From: an uncultured Bdellovibrio sp.
GTDB lineage: Bacteria > Bdellovibrionota > Bdellovibrionia > Bdellovibrionales > Bdellovibrionaceae
Reading direction: 5' to 3'
NCBI GenBank assembly: GCA_963932905.1
Contig: CAWVRN010000001.1
Location: 448,001-512,000, forward strand
Length of the DNA: 64,000 nt
Part shown: positions 8,247 through 19,162 of the stretch, one piece after another
Position numbering within the stretch: the first letter of the stretch is position 1
How the letters are laid out: each line of letters starts with the position of its first letter
The notes under the pieces: model-generated
Told to the model about the DNA's origin: nothing
What the model saw: the letters and a program-made list of their open reading frames with translations, nothing else
Database searches by the model: none
Made by a program: the position numbers and the translations under genes

Positions 8247-10603
8247 GGCGTTAACTCTTTCATTTTCATATAAATCTGCTCTTGAGTGGCCGGGATTTTC
8301 AATTTCACAGGTTTATCTAGTTTGGCGACGGCATTTTTTGGTTTATAGTAACTGAGTGCATTTTTCACGGCCGACCAAACGGAAATCGCAAGTAAAAGTG
8401 GCGGCTCACCGACCGCTTTGCTGGCGCGAACGTTACGCACATTAATTTGATTATCAATGAGATGGCATTTAAATACGCGCGGGATATCTTGCACGCTGGG
8501 GATTTTATAAGTACTTGGTGTGTTCGACAGCAGTCGACCATTTTTATAGAATAAGTTTTCTGTAGTTACCCAGCCCATTCCTTGTACAAAGGCACCGGTT
8601 ACTTGCCCATGATCGATGGCCTCATTAATTGGACGTCCTAGATCCATCAGGATTTCCGAGCGTAACACTTTTAATTCACCTGTGTAACGATCGATTGAAA
8701 CTTCGCTGGCCGCTACGCCGTTAGTGAAATAGAAGAATGGGCTACCTTGACCAGTTTCCTTATTATAGAAAATTCCGGGGTATTTGAAATAACCCTGCTG
8801 AGTTAGCGATTGACGATTTAAGTAGGCTTCTAAAACGAGTTCACTAAACGCGATGGTTTCTTTCGGATTTGAATTATCGTACACTTGACCATTTTGAAAT
8901 TCGATCGTTTGCCAATGTTGAACGGCTTCGATTTGAATTTCTGGAGCGGTACCGGCGCCGGCGGTGGGTTTACCACGCCACGCTTTTGGGCGCGCTAGCA
9001 TGGCCTTGGCCACCTTGGCTAGTCGTTCGCGTATACCTTGTGCGGCCGTTAAAGCCGCTTGGCAGTTGATATCGCTACCACTAGAGGCTGCTGTTGCTGA
9101 CGTATTTGGAATTTTCTCGGTAGATGTCGTCATTACTTTTACATCTTCAATAGGAATAGAAAAACATTCCGCAACGACCTGTGCGATTTTGATATTCACA
9201 CCCTGGCCCATTTCGGTGGCGCCTGTAGACACCTGAACGGATCCGTCCATGTGCACATTCACAAGCGCACTACCTTGATTTAAAAAACGAGTTGTAAATG
9301 AAATGCCAAACTTTACTGCTGTTACGGACAAACCTCGATACGTCGAATGATGACTGGCATTGTGGTCGTCTATTTCTTTGCGCCACTGTTTGTATTGCGT
9401 TTGTTTTTCAATATCCGTAAATAGTTGCGGCAAAACACTATCTTCTATTTTTTGCCCATAAGGAGTCGTTTGGTCTTTTTGATATGTGTTTATTTTTCTG
9501 ATTTCTAAAGAGTCTTTTTTCAGAAAAACAGCGATGTCTTCAATAATGGATTCGATAGTGGCAACACCTTTGGGGCCGCCGAATCCACGAAATGCTGTAT
9601 TGGGAGCCGTGTGAGTTTTACAAACTTGTCCGGCCACTTTAAAATTAGGAATGAAGTAGGCGTTATCTAAATGAAGCATAGCGCGTTCCATAATGGCGGT
9701 CGATAGATCGGCGTAGGCGCCGCCGTCAGAAAATAACTCGGCTTTCAAAGCCGTGATTTTCCCTGAATTATCAAAACCCACTTCGTAGAAATTTTTAAAT
9801 GGATTGCGTTTGCCTGTCATGATCATGTCATCATCTTTAGTCAAAATGATGCGTGCCGGGCGTTTTAGTTTCTGTGCCACAAGTGCCGCAAATACGGCAA
9901 AAGGGGCCGCTTGAGATTCTTTGCCTCCAAATGCGCCGCCCATACGCTTAACAACACATACAACTTGGTGATGTCGTAAACCTAAAGCCTCGGCGACTAG
10001 ATGTTGAACTTCCGTAGGATGTTGAGACGAGGAATGAATTTCAATTTGATCGTCTTCTTTAGGGTAAGCAATGGATGCTTGAGATTCTAAATAGAAATGC
10101 TCTTGGCCCGCGATCTCGATGTCCCCTTTTAGTTTATTTGGCGCCGATTTCAATGCATCGTCGACATCACCTCGCTGAATTGTACGCAAAGGACCGATGA
10201 AAAATTTAGTATCGATCGCTTTTTGTAAATCAAGAGTGGGCTCTAGTTCTTCGATCTCTAGTTTGATTTTCGCTTTGGCCTCGTGAAAGATATCCCGTTT
10301 TGTTGAGGCTATTATGGCAATCGGTTCACCGACATACTGAACTTGGTCTTCCGCCAAGAAAACCTGATCGTGAAAAATTGAACCCCACAAATTGTGCTTT
10401 AAATCTTTGTGCGTATAAACACCCAATATTTCGGGCATGGCCAAGCACGCAGTGAAATCTAGTTTCTTAATTTTGCCATAAGCCACGGGACTATAAAACA
10501 CGTCCACGAATACTTCGCCATGAACCAAGGGGCGGTCATCTATGTATTCGGCTTTTCCGACTACGTAACTTCGTCCTGAATCGTGATAGGCGGATTTACT
10601 CAT
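8243..10603 (-). CDS. xdhB: Xanthine dehydrogenase molybdopterin-binding subunit
   Basis: GQEHFYLE, RMGGAFGGKESQ, TAFRGFGGP, KFGISFT, EMGQG, TAASSGSD and SKAVGEPP. Confidence 0.96.
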   Translation of the reverse strand: MSKSAYHDSGRSYVVGKAEYIDDRPLVHGEVFVDVFYSPVAYGKIKKLDFTACLAMPEILGVYTHKDLKHNLWGSIFHDQVFLAEDQVQYVGEPIAIIASTKRDIFHEAKAKIKLEIEELEPTLDLQKAIDTKFFIGPLRTIQRGDVDDALKSAPNKLKGDIEIAGQEHFYLESQASIAYPKEDDQIEIHSSSQHPTEVQHLVAEALGLRHHQVVCVVKRMGGAFGGKESQAAPFAVFAALVAQKLKRPARIILTKDDDMIMTGKRNPFKNFYEVGFDNSGKITALKAELFSDGGAYADLSTAIMERAMLHLDNAYFIPNFKVAGQVCKTHTAPNTAFRGFGGPKGVATIESIIEDIAVFLKKDSLEIRKINTYQKDQTTPYGQKIEDSVLPQLFTDIEKQTQYKQWRKEIDDHNASHHSTYRGLSVTAVKFGISFTTRFLNQGSALVNVHMDGSVQVSTGATEMGQGVNIKIAQVVAECFSIPIEDVKVMTTSTEKIPNTSATAASSGSDINCQAALTAAQGIRERLAKVAKAMLARPKAWRGKPTAGAGTAPEIQIEAVQHWQTIEFQNGQVYDNSNPKETIAFSELVLEAYLNRQSLTQQGYFKYPGIFYNKETGQGSPFFYFTNGVAASEVSIDRYTGELKVLRSEILMDLGRPINEAIDHGQVTGAFVQGMGWVTTENLFYKNGRLLSNTPSTYKIPSVQDIPRVFKCHLIDNQINVRNVRASKAVGEPPLLLAISVWSAVKNALSYYKPKNAVAKLDKPVKLKIPATQEQIYMKMKELTP

Positions 10604-12024
10604 TAGAAATTCTCCTGCACAAATCGATCGAATAAATCTAGGCAGATTTTCGAACGAAATTCAGATGATCCACGCAAATCGGAAATCGGGGTGATGCTGG
10701 CGGCAATCATTTGCTTTGCTTGATCAGCCAAAGCCGACGTCATTTCTTGTCCTTCCAGAACTTTTTCCACATCAAACAGACGTAGGGCCTTAGGACCAAC
10801 GCCACCATAAGCAATTTTGGCTTTTTCGATTTTTTTGTTCTGAGTTTGGAAAACAAAACTTGAATTGACACATGAAATGTCTAAATCACGTCGCTGCGAG
10901 ACTTTGAATAGCCCTATCTTACTTGATTGAGAGTTTGGAATTTTAAAACGAATACTTGTGATAAACTCATCATCTTTTAAATCAAAACTTTTGTAGCCTT
11001 TGATAAAATCAGTGAGTGGCACACTACGCAGACCTTTTGGGCTGAACAGTTCTACGACGGCATCTGCTGTTAACAAATAGGGTGTGGTATCTGCAATGGG
11101 TGACCCATTGGCTAAGTTACCCACAAGGGTGGCCGCATTTTTAATTTGAGGTGATGCGAAGATATTTAAAAACTCAGCAAACTTAGGGCTGCGACCTTCT
11201 AGAAACTTTTGAAGTGTTGTCAAATTTACCCGCGCGCCAACGATCACTTGATCAGCGTCTTGTTTCAGCGCGTACATTTCAGGAATTAAATGCAGACTCA
11301 TTAAATTAATGCCGGGATTTTTACCCTTGTTAATTTGAACACCGATATCGGTCGCGCCAGAAAAGATACGAACTTTAGGATGTAATTTTTTGTATTCAGC
11401 CGCTTGAGTTAATGTAGTGGGCGCAAAAAATTCTTTCTCACCCACAGTAATTTTAATCGGTATTGTTTGGTTGGCCTCTAAATCTTTGGTCAGTTTTTCA
11501 TAGTTATAACATGACTTTAATGGCGCGACTTTTTTGGTGTCTACGGCCATAGCCGCATTGATGATAGGCTGGTATCCAGTGCAACGGCAAAGATTGCCCG
11601 TTACATAGTTTTTAACTTTCTGTTCGGAAATGTTTTTCGTGTTTTCAAACATGCTCGATAAGGCCATGACGAAACCCGGTGTGCAGAATCCACACTGGCC
11701 GCCAAAATTTTTAACCATCGCATCTTGAACTTCGGACAATTGATTATTTTTTTCTAAACCTTCGACGCTAATTATATGCGACATATCCATTAAGAACGAT
11801 GTGCTGATACACGAATTGATGGACATAAATTTATCGGCGTCAGTAGAATGACGTCGATACAGGATTGTGCAGGCACCACAGTCACCTTCGGCGCATACCA
11901 CTTTGGTACCTGTTAGACCGACTTCGTATCGCAATAAGCTACTAAACGGCATAAACGCGCGTTCGCTGCTGATTTTGTGTACGGTTCCGTTAATCGTTAG
12001 TACAATATAGTCTCTGACTTGCAT
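10603..12024 (-). CDS. xdhA: Xanthine dehydrogenase small subunit (2Fe-2S + FAD)
   Basis: GTKVVCAEGDCGACT, QCGFCTPG, GNLCRCTGY, FASPQIKN and GNLANGSPIAD. Confidence 0.96.
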   Translation of the reverse strand: MQVRDYIVLTINGTVHKISSERAFMPFSSLLRYEVGLTGTKVVCAEGDCGACTILYRRHSTDADKFMSINSCISTSFLMDMSHIISVEGLEKNNQLSEVQDAMVKNFGGQCGFCTPGFVMALSSMFENTKNISEQKVKNYVTGNLCRCTGYQPIINAAMAVDTKKVAPLKSCYNYEKLTKDLEANQTIPIKITVGEKEFFAPTTLTQAAEYKKLHPKVRIFSGATDIGVQINKGKNPGINLMSLHLIPEMYALKQDADQVIVGARVNLTTLQKFLEGRSPKFAEFLNIFASPQIKNAATLVGNLANGSPIADTTPYLLTADAVVELFSPKGLRSVPLTDFIKGYKSFDLKDDEFITSIRFKIPNSQSSKIGLFKVSQRRDLDISCVNSSFVFQTQNKKIEKAKIAYGGVGPKALRLFDVEKVLEGQEMTSALADQAKQMIAASITPISDLRGSSEFRSKICLDLFDRFVQENF

Positions 12025-12056
12025 AAAATCCTTTTGTGGATAATTTCAGAAGAGAT

Positions 12057-12557
12057 TTAGTAACTGATCTTATCGACTTTAGATGACCAAATTTGAAATA
12101 CTTTAAGTGCCTCGTCGCGCAACATAGCTTCCATTGGTATTTTTCGTTTTTCAAGTGGCTTAGGAATTTCTTGATAAATAAAATCATCATCGAACTGAAT
12201 TCCAGCCGCATCTGTTTTTGTATTAGCGAAATAAATTTTGTTGATTCGTGCCCAGTAGATAGCGGAAAGACACATGGGACATGGCTCGCAACTGGTGTAA
12301 ATTTCGCACTCTTCTAGACTGAACGTATTTAATTTTTGGCAGGCTTGACGAATAGCTTCAACTTCCGCATGAGCTGTCGGGTCATTGTTTGTAGTTACTT
12401 TGTTCCAGCCTTCACCGACGATGACGTTATCTTTGACGATCACAGCACCAAATGGTCCCCCATTTAATGAAAGGACGTTGTTTTTCGACAACTCGATCGC
12501 ACGTCTCATAAAGTTTAAGCGTAATTCATTTTTTTGTTTCATTTTAGTAGAGTTCAT
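12057..12557 (-). CDS. guaD: Guanine deaminase (cytidine-deaminase fold)
   Basis: GGPFGA, DPTAHAE, EPCPMC, FDD and C-terminal Tyr, as in B. subtilis-type GuaD; first gene of the xdh operon. Confidence 0.88.
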   Translation of the reverse strand: MNSTKMKQKNELRLNFMRRAIELSKNNVLSLNGGPFGAVIVKDNVIVGEGWNKVTTNNDPTAHAEVEAIRQACQKLNTFSLEECEIYTSCEPCPMCLSAIYWARINKIYFANTKTDAAGIQFDDDFIYQEIPKPLEKRKIPMEAMLRDEALKVFQIWSSKVDKISY

Positions 12558-12644
12558 AATCTACTGATTTGCTCATCACATCGCTTTTTTTTCAAGAGAA
12601 ATCGCGTTAAAACTCAAGCTGTTTCGTAAGCGGTCCTTGATCCG

Positions 12645-13253
12645 TTAAGGTTGGCCATTCCTGTATATGATTTGCAGCAAATTTTCATCTTTCTGCATAT
12701 ATTTATAGCCGTAAGAAGCAAGGTAGTTGCTGGCTTCCGCCTGCTCGGGGCTTAAATAAATTGCAAATCGTGATAGCTCGGGGAATGAAAACGGCTTTTT
12801 GGACCAACGGTGGCCGGTGGCGGATGGCCCCGCTTTGGATAAAAATAGAATTTCGGTTTTTAATCTGTCAATAGGGCAGGTATTTTCGCCAGATTTTGCA
12901 GTTTTTGCGTACGTCGATTTTTGAATCGCCTTTAATTTTTTCAATAGAAATTTTTGTTCATCTAACGGTAGATTGACGGTCGCGGGTTTGCCGTGATCGG
13001 GAGCAAAAACCGCGGTTTCGTCAGCTATACAATAACCAGCAATCCAAACCCATGATCCTGAGGCTAAACCGATAGATTTAGATTCCACTAATTTAGGATA
13101 ACCTTTATGGAAGTGAAATTCTTTTTCCAGCGGTGCCAAATCCAATTTAGCTTTCTTCTTATTTTTGTGGCTGGAAAGAACGATAACTTGTTGAGCAGGA
13201 TCTGCCAGTGCAATCAAACCTAAAAGAAAAAAACTAAGAACCAATTTTAACAT
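12645..13253 (-). CDS. Hypothetical exported protein
   Basis: 202-aa ORF with a signal peptide, 8 nt downstream of pepP. Confidence 0.6.
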   Translation of the reverse strand: MLKLVLSFFLLGLIALADPAQQVIVLSSHKNKKKAKLDLAPLEKEFHFHKGYPKLVESKSIGLASGSWVWIAGYCIADETAVFAPDHGKPATVNLPLDEQKFLLKKLKAIQKSTYAKTAKSGENTCPIDRLKTEILFLSKAGPSATGHRWSKKPFSFPELSRFAIYLSPEQAEASNYLASYGYKYMQKDENLLQIIYRNGQP

Positions 13254-13261
13254 TTCGTTTC

Positions 13262-14557
13262 CTATTTTTTTACAACGGCCGTCAAGTTTGACGCCGTACC
13301 TTGGGTGATCAAGATGTCATCTTCGATTCTTACGCCGCCCACGTTAAGCCATTTTTCAGCTTCGTTAAAGTTAATAAAGTCTTTAAATTTCTCGCGATTT
13401 GTCGCATCGTTAAGTAGAGTTTTAATAAAATAACAACCAGGTTCAACCGTGATGAGCATGTTTTCTTTTAGTGGGAAGTCTACGCGAATACGGGCTCCGC
13501 AGTAAAACTTTGGATTTACGTTTTCTTCATGCCCAGTATCGCGGACACGTAGACCCACCAAGTGTCCTACACCATGAGGATAAAATACGGCGATGGCTCC
13601 GGTATCTAAAATTGAATCCACAGAGCCTTTCATGACGTTCATTGAAACTAAACCTTCAGCAATTACTTTTGCGGTGATGCGATGAACTTGATTCCACTCC
13701 ATACCAATTTTGCAATTTTCAATTGCTTGAGTTTGTGCTTTCAAAACTAAATCATATAAAGATTGCTGTTGTGAAGAGAATTTCCCTGAAGCGGCAAACA
13801 CTCGAGTGATATCTACGCAATAGTCGTTGATCTGAGCACCGGCATCGATCAGAACCAATTCACCCTCTTGAACTTTTTTTACGGTCGGGATCGCATGTAG
13901 GACAGCCGCATTCGAGCCTGAACCTACGATGGTGTCGTACGGCATCCCGTGTGAACCATAACGTTGAATTTCGGCTTCGTATTCAATTTGAATTTCACGT
14001 TCGGTAACACCGGGTTTAATAAATGACTTAATTTTCTCATAACCCTTATTCGCAATATCGGCTAAGTCGCGTACGAGTTTAACTTCATCAGCGTCTTTAA
14101 TACGTCGGCATTGATCGAATTTTTCTTTCAATGAAATTTTTAGCGACGTATTTGGTGTTAGCGAAATTTCAAACCACGCTGGAATTTGTCCCAGACCAAT
14201 GATGTTTTTGAATTTATGCTGCTTTAAAAATGCGGGCAGAGTGCTGGCGTCTGAACCTTTAAATGTAAATGGTTGCATGCCTTCCCAGACGCTCTCATCG
14301 CGGGTTACAGGCTGGACAAAATCTTTCCAACCTAATTCCGGCGAGTAGAACACAACTCCATGACTACGGCGATAACCGGAAAGCCAATAATAAGAAGGGT
14401 GTGGAAGGAATGGGTACGTTTGATCTAAACCCCCGGGTTTCGTGTGAGGTTCACCGCAAAAGACCAGTACGCAATCTTCCGGAGTGAGCAGGCGTTTCCA
14501 TTCTGGTTCTAGGCGTTCACGTCTGTGGGCAATTGTCTTTTCGCTAAAAATCATCAT
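13262..14557 (-). CDS. pepP: Xaa-Pro aminopeptidase/prolidase (M24B)
   Basis: AVLH, LIDAG, DITR, HGVGHLVGL, TVEPGCY and GVRIEDD metal-binding motifs; AMP_N-like N-terminus. Confidence 0.9.
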   Translation of the reverse strand: MMIFSEKTIAHRRERLEPEWKRLLTPEDCVLVFCGEPHTKPGGLDQTYPFLPHPSYYWLSGYRRSHGVVFYSPELGWKDFVQPVTRDESVWEGMQPFTFKGSDASTLPAFLKQHKFKNIIGLGQIPAWFEISLTPNTSLKISLKEKFDQCRRIKDADEVKLVRDLADIANKGYEKIKSFIKPGVTEREIQIEYEAEIQRYGSHGMPYDTIVGSGSNAAVLHAIPTVKKVQEGELVLIDAGAQINDYCVDITRVFAASGKFSSQQQSLYDLVLKAQTQAIENCKIGMEWNQVHRITAKVIAEGLVSMNVMKGSVDSILDTGAIAVFYPHGVGHLVGLRVRDTGHEENVNPKFYCGARIRVDFPLKENMLITVEPGCYFIKTLLNDATNREKFKDFINFNEAEKWLNVGGVRIEDDILITQGTASNLTAVVKK

Positions 14558-14640
14558 ATATTGATTCTTTCCTAAACCGGTGTCGAAATCTAGATCTTAG
14601 TAGAGTATCCTTTTTATTCGGCATCGTCTAGAATGTTATT

Positions 14641-15261
14641 ATGATTCATGCCATATTTGTTTTAATTTTTGCATTTGCGATTGGTCAGTTAATCATTGTG
14701 AAGACGAACGATAAGTTTTCAACACGTCGGGATCCGGCGGCGATTAGACAGACTTACGATTTCACTAACTTAAAGGGAAATGCTTTAGATATAGCCTTGA
14801 AACAAAAAATGCTGGGCGACCTGGAAGTGGTTAAGACCGCTGATAATTTTGGGATCTCTTTTGGTCATTTTGCGTTTTCAACTTCAGACGGGCAAAAATT
14901 TTTGGGTTGTGAGTATTACGAAAAAGTAGTGGCTGTCTTTGAAGCGGAAGGGTCAGCAGTCAGCGGTCGAAAGTCCACGATGGAGATCTCGGGCCCTTGC
15001 AAATACTCTGAAAATTTGACGAAAATTCAAGCTGCCCTTATCCCTATCAAAAAAATTATGGGTGATACGCCTCAGGATGGCGAGATGACTTTTCAAGGGG
15101 ACATTCCAGTTAACGTTAAATTTCAAAATTTAACGGATTCATGGCCGACGCAGTGGAATTTAGTGAATGTTCGAATGGAATCACCTCAATACGTTTTTAT
15201 TATCGATCGTAACGAGATTTCCAAAATTATGGGACAGCCCTTGCTGATTTCTGTTCAATAA
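14641..15261 (+). CDS. Hypothetical membrane-anchored protein
   Basis: N-terminal TM helix followed by an 'RRDPAA' segment; two Cys. Confidence 0.7.
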   Translation: MIHAIFVLIFAFAIGQLIIVKTNDKFSTRRDPAAIRQTYDFTNLKGNALDIALKQKMLGDLEVVKTADNFGISFGHFAFSTSDGQKFLGCEYYEKVVAVFEAEGSAVSGRKSTMEISGPCKYSENLTKIQAALIPIKKIMGDTPQDGEMTFQGDIPVNVKFQNLTDSWPTQWNLVNVRMESPQYVFIIDRNEISKIMGQPLLISVQ

Positions 15262-15275
15262 GATAATAATTTCAC

Positions 15276-16268
15276 ATGATTTTTCCTACGGTAACGCCAC
15301 CTTACTGGGCGCCTGAAGGCCATTCGCAAACATTAGTGGCTCATTTAGCTGCGCCATTAATTGGGCCTAAAATTTCTTTTCATGACGAAAATAAAAAACT
15401 GATTTCCTGTTTAGAAGACGATGATAAATTGCTTATCAAATATCATCTGCGTGATCAAAAAAAATGGGTTTTGCTAGCTCATGGTTTGGCTGGGGATAGT
15501 GAATCGCAATACATCAAGCGAATGACTCGTTTAGCATTAGAGAAAAATATTTCGGTTTTACGTTTTAATCATCGTAACTGTGGTGAATCTGTGGGGTATG
15601 CTAACAAGACTTACCATGCTGGTCGTGGTGAAGATATTTACGCGGCCGCAAACTGGGTTCGTTCCAATTATCCTGGTAGTGAAATCATTGTTGTCGGTTT
15701 TTCATTAAGTGGAAATACAGTGCTCGACATGGCGATTCGTTTTGAAGATAAGATTGATATCAAGTGTACCATCGCCGTCAATGCACCGATTGATTTGACT
15801 CAAGCATCAATTAATATCGCACAAAAAGAAAACTTAGCTTACAATAAATACTTTGCTCGACTTTTGCATCTTTCCAACATGAATTTGGCGAAAAAACAAA
15901 AAGGTGGCTTGGGCGAGGTGATTCGAAATACGAAGGTTCCGCGATTTGCGGTTCTTGGTGATTTCGATCAGTTGTTTGTGGCGCCATTAAACGGTTTCAA
16001 GGATGCGTGGGATTACTACAAGCAATGTTCTACAATCGATCGCTTAGATGCGATCAAATCACCCGTAACCATACTGATGGCAAAGGATGATCCGATAGTT
16101 CCATTTCGAATGTATGAAGGTAAAAAATTTAATTCTAATTTTCAAGTTAGGATTGAAAAGACGGGTGGGCATTTGGGCTATCTCTCCCAATCGAAAACAC
16201 CACTCGGCGATAATCGCTGGATGGATTGGTACCTGATTGAACAAATCGTCGAGACGTTTAAAAAATAA
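15276..16268 (+). CDS. YheT-family alpha/beta hydrolase
   Basis: GHSQT, HGLAG, GFSLSG nucleophile elbow, DDPIV and GGHLGY. Confidence 0.88.
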   Translation: MIFPTVTPPYWAPEGHSQTLVAHLAAPLIGPKISFHDENKKLISCLEDDDKLLIKYHLRDQKKWVLLAHGLAGDSESQYIKRMTRLALEKNISVLRFNHRNCGESVGYANKTYHAGRGEDIYAAANWVRSNYPGSEIIVVGFSLSGNTVLDMAIRFEDKIDIKCTIAVNAPIDLTQASINIAQKENLAYNKYFARLLHLSNMNLAKKQKGGLGEVIRNTKVPRFAVLGDFDQLFVAPLNGFKDAWDYYKQCSTIDRLDAIKSPVTILMAKDDPIVPFRMYEGKKFNSNFQVRIEKTGGHLGYLSQSKTPLGDNRWMDWYLIEQIVETFKK

Positions 16269-17055
16269 CACCATCTGGTTTTAATTCATCTGCTAACTTC
16301 ATTTCGGCTTCAGATTGAATCGGCCCAAGAAATACTAATTTCTTACGACGTCTCATTTCCGTAATCATCGATTCATCAACCAATGGTCGATTCAAATACG
16401 ATATAGGAGCGATAAAAACATCACCGCGAATAGAAATAGCCGCCTCCAAACCCAATGTAGCAAAGGATTTCAGGCGAGTGACTTCGGGAATTGACGTTCC
16501 GTATACCCACATCGGTTTTAATTCCTTGATGGCTTTGATGACAATGTCGACGGGTGAATTAATGAGAATGCGGTCTTCCAATTTATTTTTTTCAACAAAA
16601 CTAATGACGTCTTTATGAATGTCAGTCTCGTTCGACAAAATATTTAAAATATAGTGGTCAGTGGTGATGACTTGAAGGGCCTTTTCTAATGGCGTTATGT
16701 TTTCATAAAATTCATTTAGTTCTGCCAGTTTGTAACCGTGAACAAATTTGCCTTTGAATTTCTTTTTGTCGCGCGCCCAAGTCATGAATGCGTCCACATT
16801 AAAATTGTAATCTGAAATCAACACGCGATCGGCGGTCATATAAACATTGATCCATGTCAGGGTCGGTTTGCTGTCAGGTCGCACATGATCTTTAGAGAAA
16901 ACACCCACAGTGATGGGGCGGTTGGTGGTCATGGCACTTGACAGGAAAGGATGCTCAAATGGTTTATAAGGCAACGAAAGGCCCCACATGCGAACGATCA
17001 AGCCAATTAAAAGCGCTATTACTACTGTACCTAAACTAATCAAAAATAACCGCAT
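16258..17055 (-). CDS. Degenerate glycerophosphodiester phosphodiesterase-like protein
   Basis: N-terminal TM helix; 'VYMTADRVLI', 'ITPLEKAL', 'DRILINS' and C-terminal 'DGVI' resemble GDPD, but the catalytic HRG is absent. Confidence 0.55.
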   Translation of the reverse strand: MRLFLISLGTVVIALLIGLIVRMWGLSLPYKPFEHPFLSSAMTTNRPITVGVFSKDHVRPDSKPTLTWINVYMTADRVLISDYNFNVDAFMTWARDKKKFKGKFVHGYKLAELNEFYENITPLEKALQVITTDHYILNILSNETDIHKDVISFVEKNKLEDRILINSPVDIVIKAIKELKPMWVYGTSIPEVTRLKSFATLGLEAAISIRGDVFIAPISYLNRPLVDESMITEMRRRKKLVFLGPIQSEAEMKLADELKPDGVIF

Positions 17056-17156
17056 TTAGAATCCATATCCATAAGTTATTGAGTTTACTTGTTTTTATTT
17101 AAACAATATCAACCATTGTAGAAAATCAATGTACGTTAAAAAAAGACGTATTTAAG

Positions 17157-17185
17157 TTGAAAAACTTTAACTTTTCATTTAGTTT
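17157..17185 (+). promoter_or_regulatory. Sigma70-like promoter of the suf operon
   Basis: TTGAAA-17 nt-TAGTTT upstream of the Rrf2 gene. Confidence 0.4.
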
Positions 17186-17252
17186 TCAGCTGCATACGCA
17201 CTTTTATGAGTAGCTCTAACGAACAATAGCATTTTTAGCAAAGGATAATTGC

Positions 17253-17711
17253 TTGATCCGATTGAGTCGAAAAATGGAATACGCTTTGGTGGCCCTGAAG
17301 TACATGGCTGGGAAAATTCCCGGCGAATTAACTTCAGCTAAAGAGATTTCCGATAAATTTCGTACACCGTTTGATGTCACGGCTCGCGTGATGCAATCGT
17401 TGTCGCAAAAGGGTTTGTTAAAATCCGAGTACGGTCCATTGGGTGGCTACTCGATCGCTAAAGATTTAAACCGTGTTTCTTTCAATGATTTGCTAGAAAT
17501 GATTGAAGGCCCAACACAAATCGTAAAATGCCTGCAAAAAGAAGAAGCCTGTGATGTGCAAGCTCATTGCAATATCGTATCGCCGGTCCAAGCGTTGAAC
17601 CAAAAATTAATACAATTTTATTCCAGTCTAAAATTAAAAGACATCGTTGTGGGTCAAATTCCAGCAGCGAAATCAGTAGAAATGATGAATGAGGGTATAA
17701 GTGGAAAATAA
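17253..17711 (+). CDS. Rrf2-family Fe-S regulator (IscR-like)
   Basis: EYAL, EIS, GLLKSxxGxxGGY winged helix and three Cys ([14 protein letters not shown]); first gene of the suf operon. Confidence 0.9.
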   Translation: MIRLSRKMEYALVALKYMAGKIPGELTSAKEISDKFRTPFDVTARVMQSLSQKGLLKSEYGPLGGYSIAKDLNRVSFNDLLEMIEGPTQIVKCLQKEEACDVQAHCNIVSPVQALNQKLIQFYSSLKLKDIVVGQIPAAKSVEMMNEGISGK

Positions 17712-19152
17712 GAAGTCAGCATCAGCTGGACCCTTGCAAGAGGATTACGCATACAAATACGGTTTTGAAACTGAAATCGAAGCCGATGCCGTTCAAAAAG
17801 GTTTGAACGAAGATATCATCCGTTTGATTTCTTCTAAAAAAGAAGAACCAAGCTGGATGCTAGATTACCGTTTGAAAGCGTTCGCGCATTGGAAAACATT
17901 GAAAGAGCCGAAATGGTCCGGTTTAAAATACTCTGCCATCGATTTCCAAGATATTTGCTATTATTCTGCACCAAAGAAAAAAGAGGGTCCTAAGTCACTA
18001 GATGAACTTGATCCTGAGTTAATCAAAACTTTTGAAAAATTAGGTATTCCGTTGGGAGAACAAAAGCGTATCTCTGGCGTAGCCGTAGACGTGGTGTTTG
18101 ACTCGGTTTCGGTAGCAACGACTCATAAAGAAGAGCTAGATAAAGTTGGTGTTGTATTTTGCTCAATCAGCGAAGCCATTAAAACGCATCCAGATTTAGT
18201 TAAGAAATATTTGGGCTCGGTAGTTCCTATCACGGACAATTTCTATGCGGCATTGAACGCGGCTGTATTTACGGACGGTTCGTTCTGCTATATTCCTAAA
18301 GGTGTTCGTTGCCCAATGGATTTATCTACCTACTTTCGTATCAACGCGAAAGAAACAGGACAATTCGAAAGAACATTGCTTGTAGCGGATGAAGGTTCCT
18401 ACGTGAATTATCTAGAAGGTTGCACGGCACCTCAACGTGATGAAAATCAATTGCACGCAGCGGTTGTCGAATTAATTGCGCTTGATAATGCGGAAATTAA
18501 ATACTCAACAGTTCAGAACTGGTACACGGGCGATAAAGAAGGCCGCGGCGGTATCTACAATTTCGTAACCAAGCGCGGGAAATGTGCAGGCAAGAAATCT
18601 AAGATCTCGTGGACGCAAGTTGAATCAGGCTCTGCGATCACTTGGAAATATCCGTCAGTTATTTTGCAAGGTGATGAATCGGAAGGCTCTTTCTATTCTG
18701 TGGCCCTAACGCATGACTACATGCAGGCGGATACGGGCACGAAGATGATCCATATCGGCAAGAACACAAAGAGCACGATTATCTCGAAAGGTATTTCAGT
18801 AGATAAATCATCGAATGCCTATCGTGGCCTGGTGAAGATTATGCCGTCAGCGGAAAACGCTCGTAATTATTCGCAGTGTGATTCGATGTTGGTGGGTTCA
18901 AAATCATCAGCGCACACGTATCCATACATTGATGTAAAAAACAAAACAGCACATATCGAACACGAAGCGACTACATCTAGAATCAGCGAAGATCAAATTT
19001 TCTATCTTCAATCACGTGGTTTGAATATGGAGAAGTCCATTTCAATGCTGGTTAATGGATTCTGTAAAGACGTGTTCAAACAATTGCCACTAGAATTTTC
19101 AGTCGAGGCAGTGAAGTTAATTGAAATGAAATTGGAAAACTCAGTAGGGTAA
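17701..19152 (+). CDS. sufB: Fe-S cluster assembly protein SufB
   Basis: [39 protein letters not shown] and EHEA. Confidence 0.98.
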   Translation: MENKKSASAGPLQEDYAYKYGFETEIEADAVQKGLNEDIIRLISSKKEEPSWMLDYRLKAFAHWKTLKEPKWSGLKYSAIDFQDICYYSAPKKKEGPKSLDELDPELIKTFEKLGIPLGEQKRISGVAVDVVFDSVSVATTHKEELDKVGVVFCSISEAIKTHPDLVKKYLGSVVPITDNFYAALNAAVFTDGSFCYIPKGVRCPMDLSTYFRINAKETGQFERTLLVADEGSYVNYLEGCTAPQRDENQLHAAVVELIALDNAEIKYSTVQNWYTGDKEGRGGIYNFVTKRGKCAGKKSKISWTQVESGSAITWKYPSVILQGDESEGSFYSVALTHDYMQADTGTKMIHIGKNTKSTIISKGISVDKSSNAYRGLVKIMPSAENARNYSQCDSMLVGSKSSAHTYPYIDVKNKTAHIEHEATTSRISEDQIFYLQSRGLNMEKSISMLVNGFCKDVFKQLPLEFSVEAVKLIEMKLENSVG

Positions 19153-19162
19153 TGGAGAAAGA

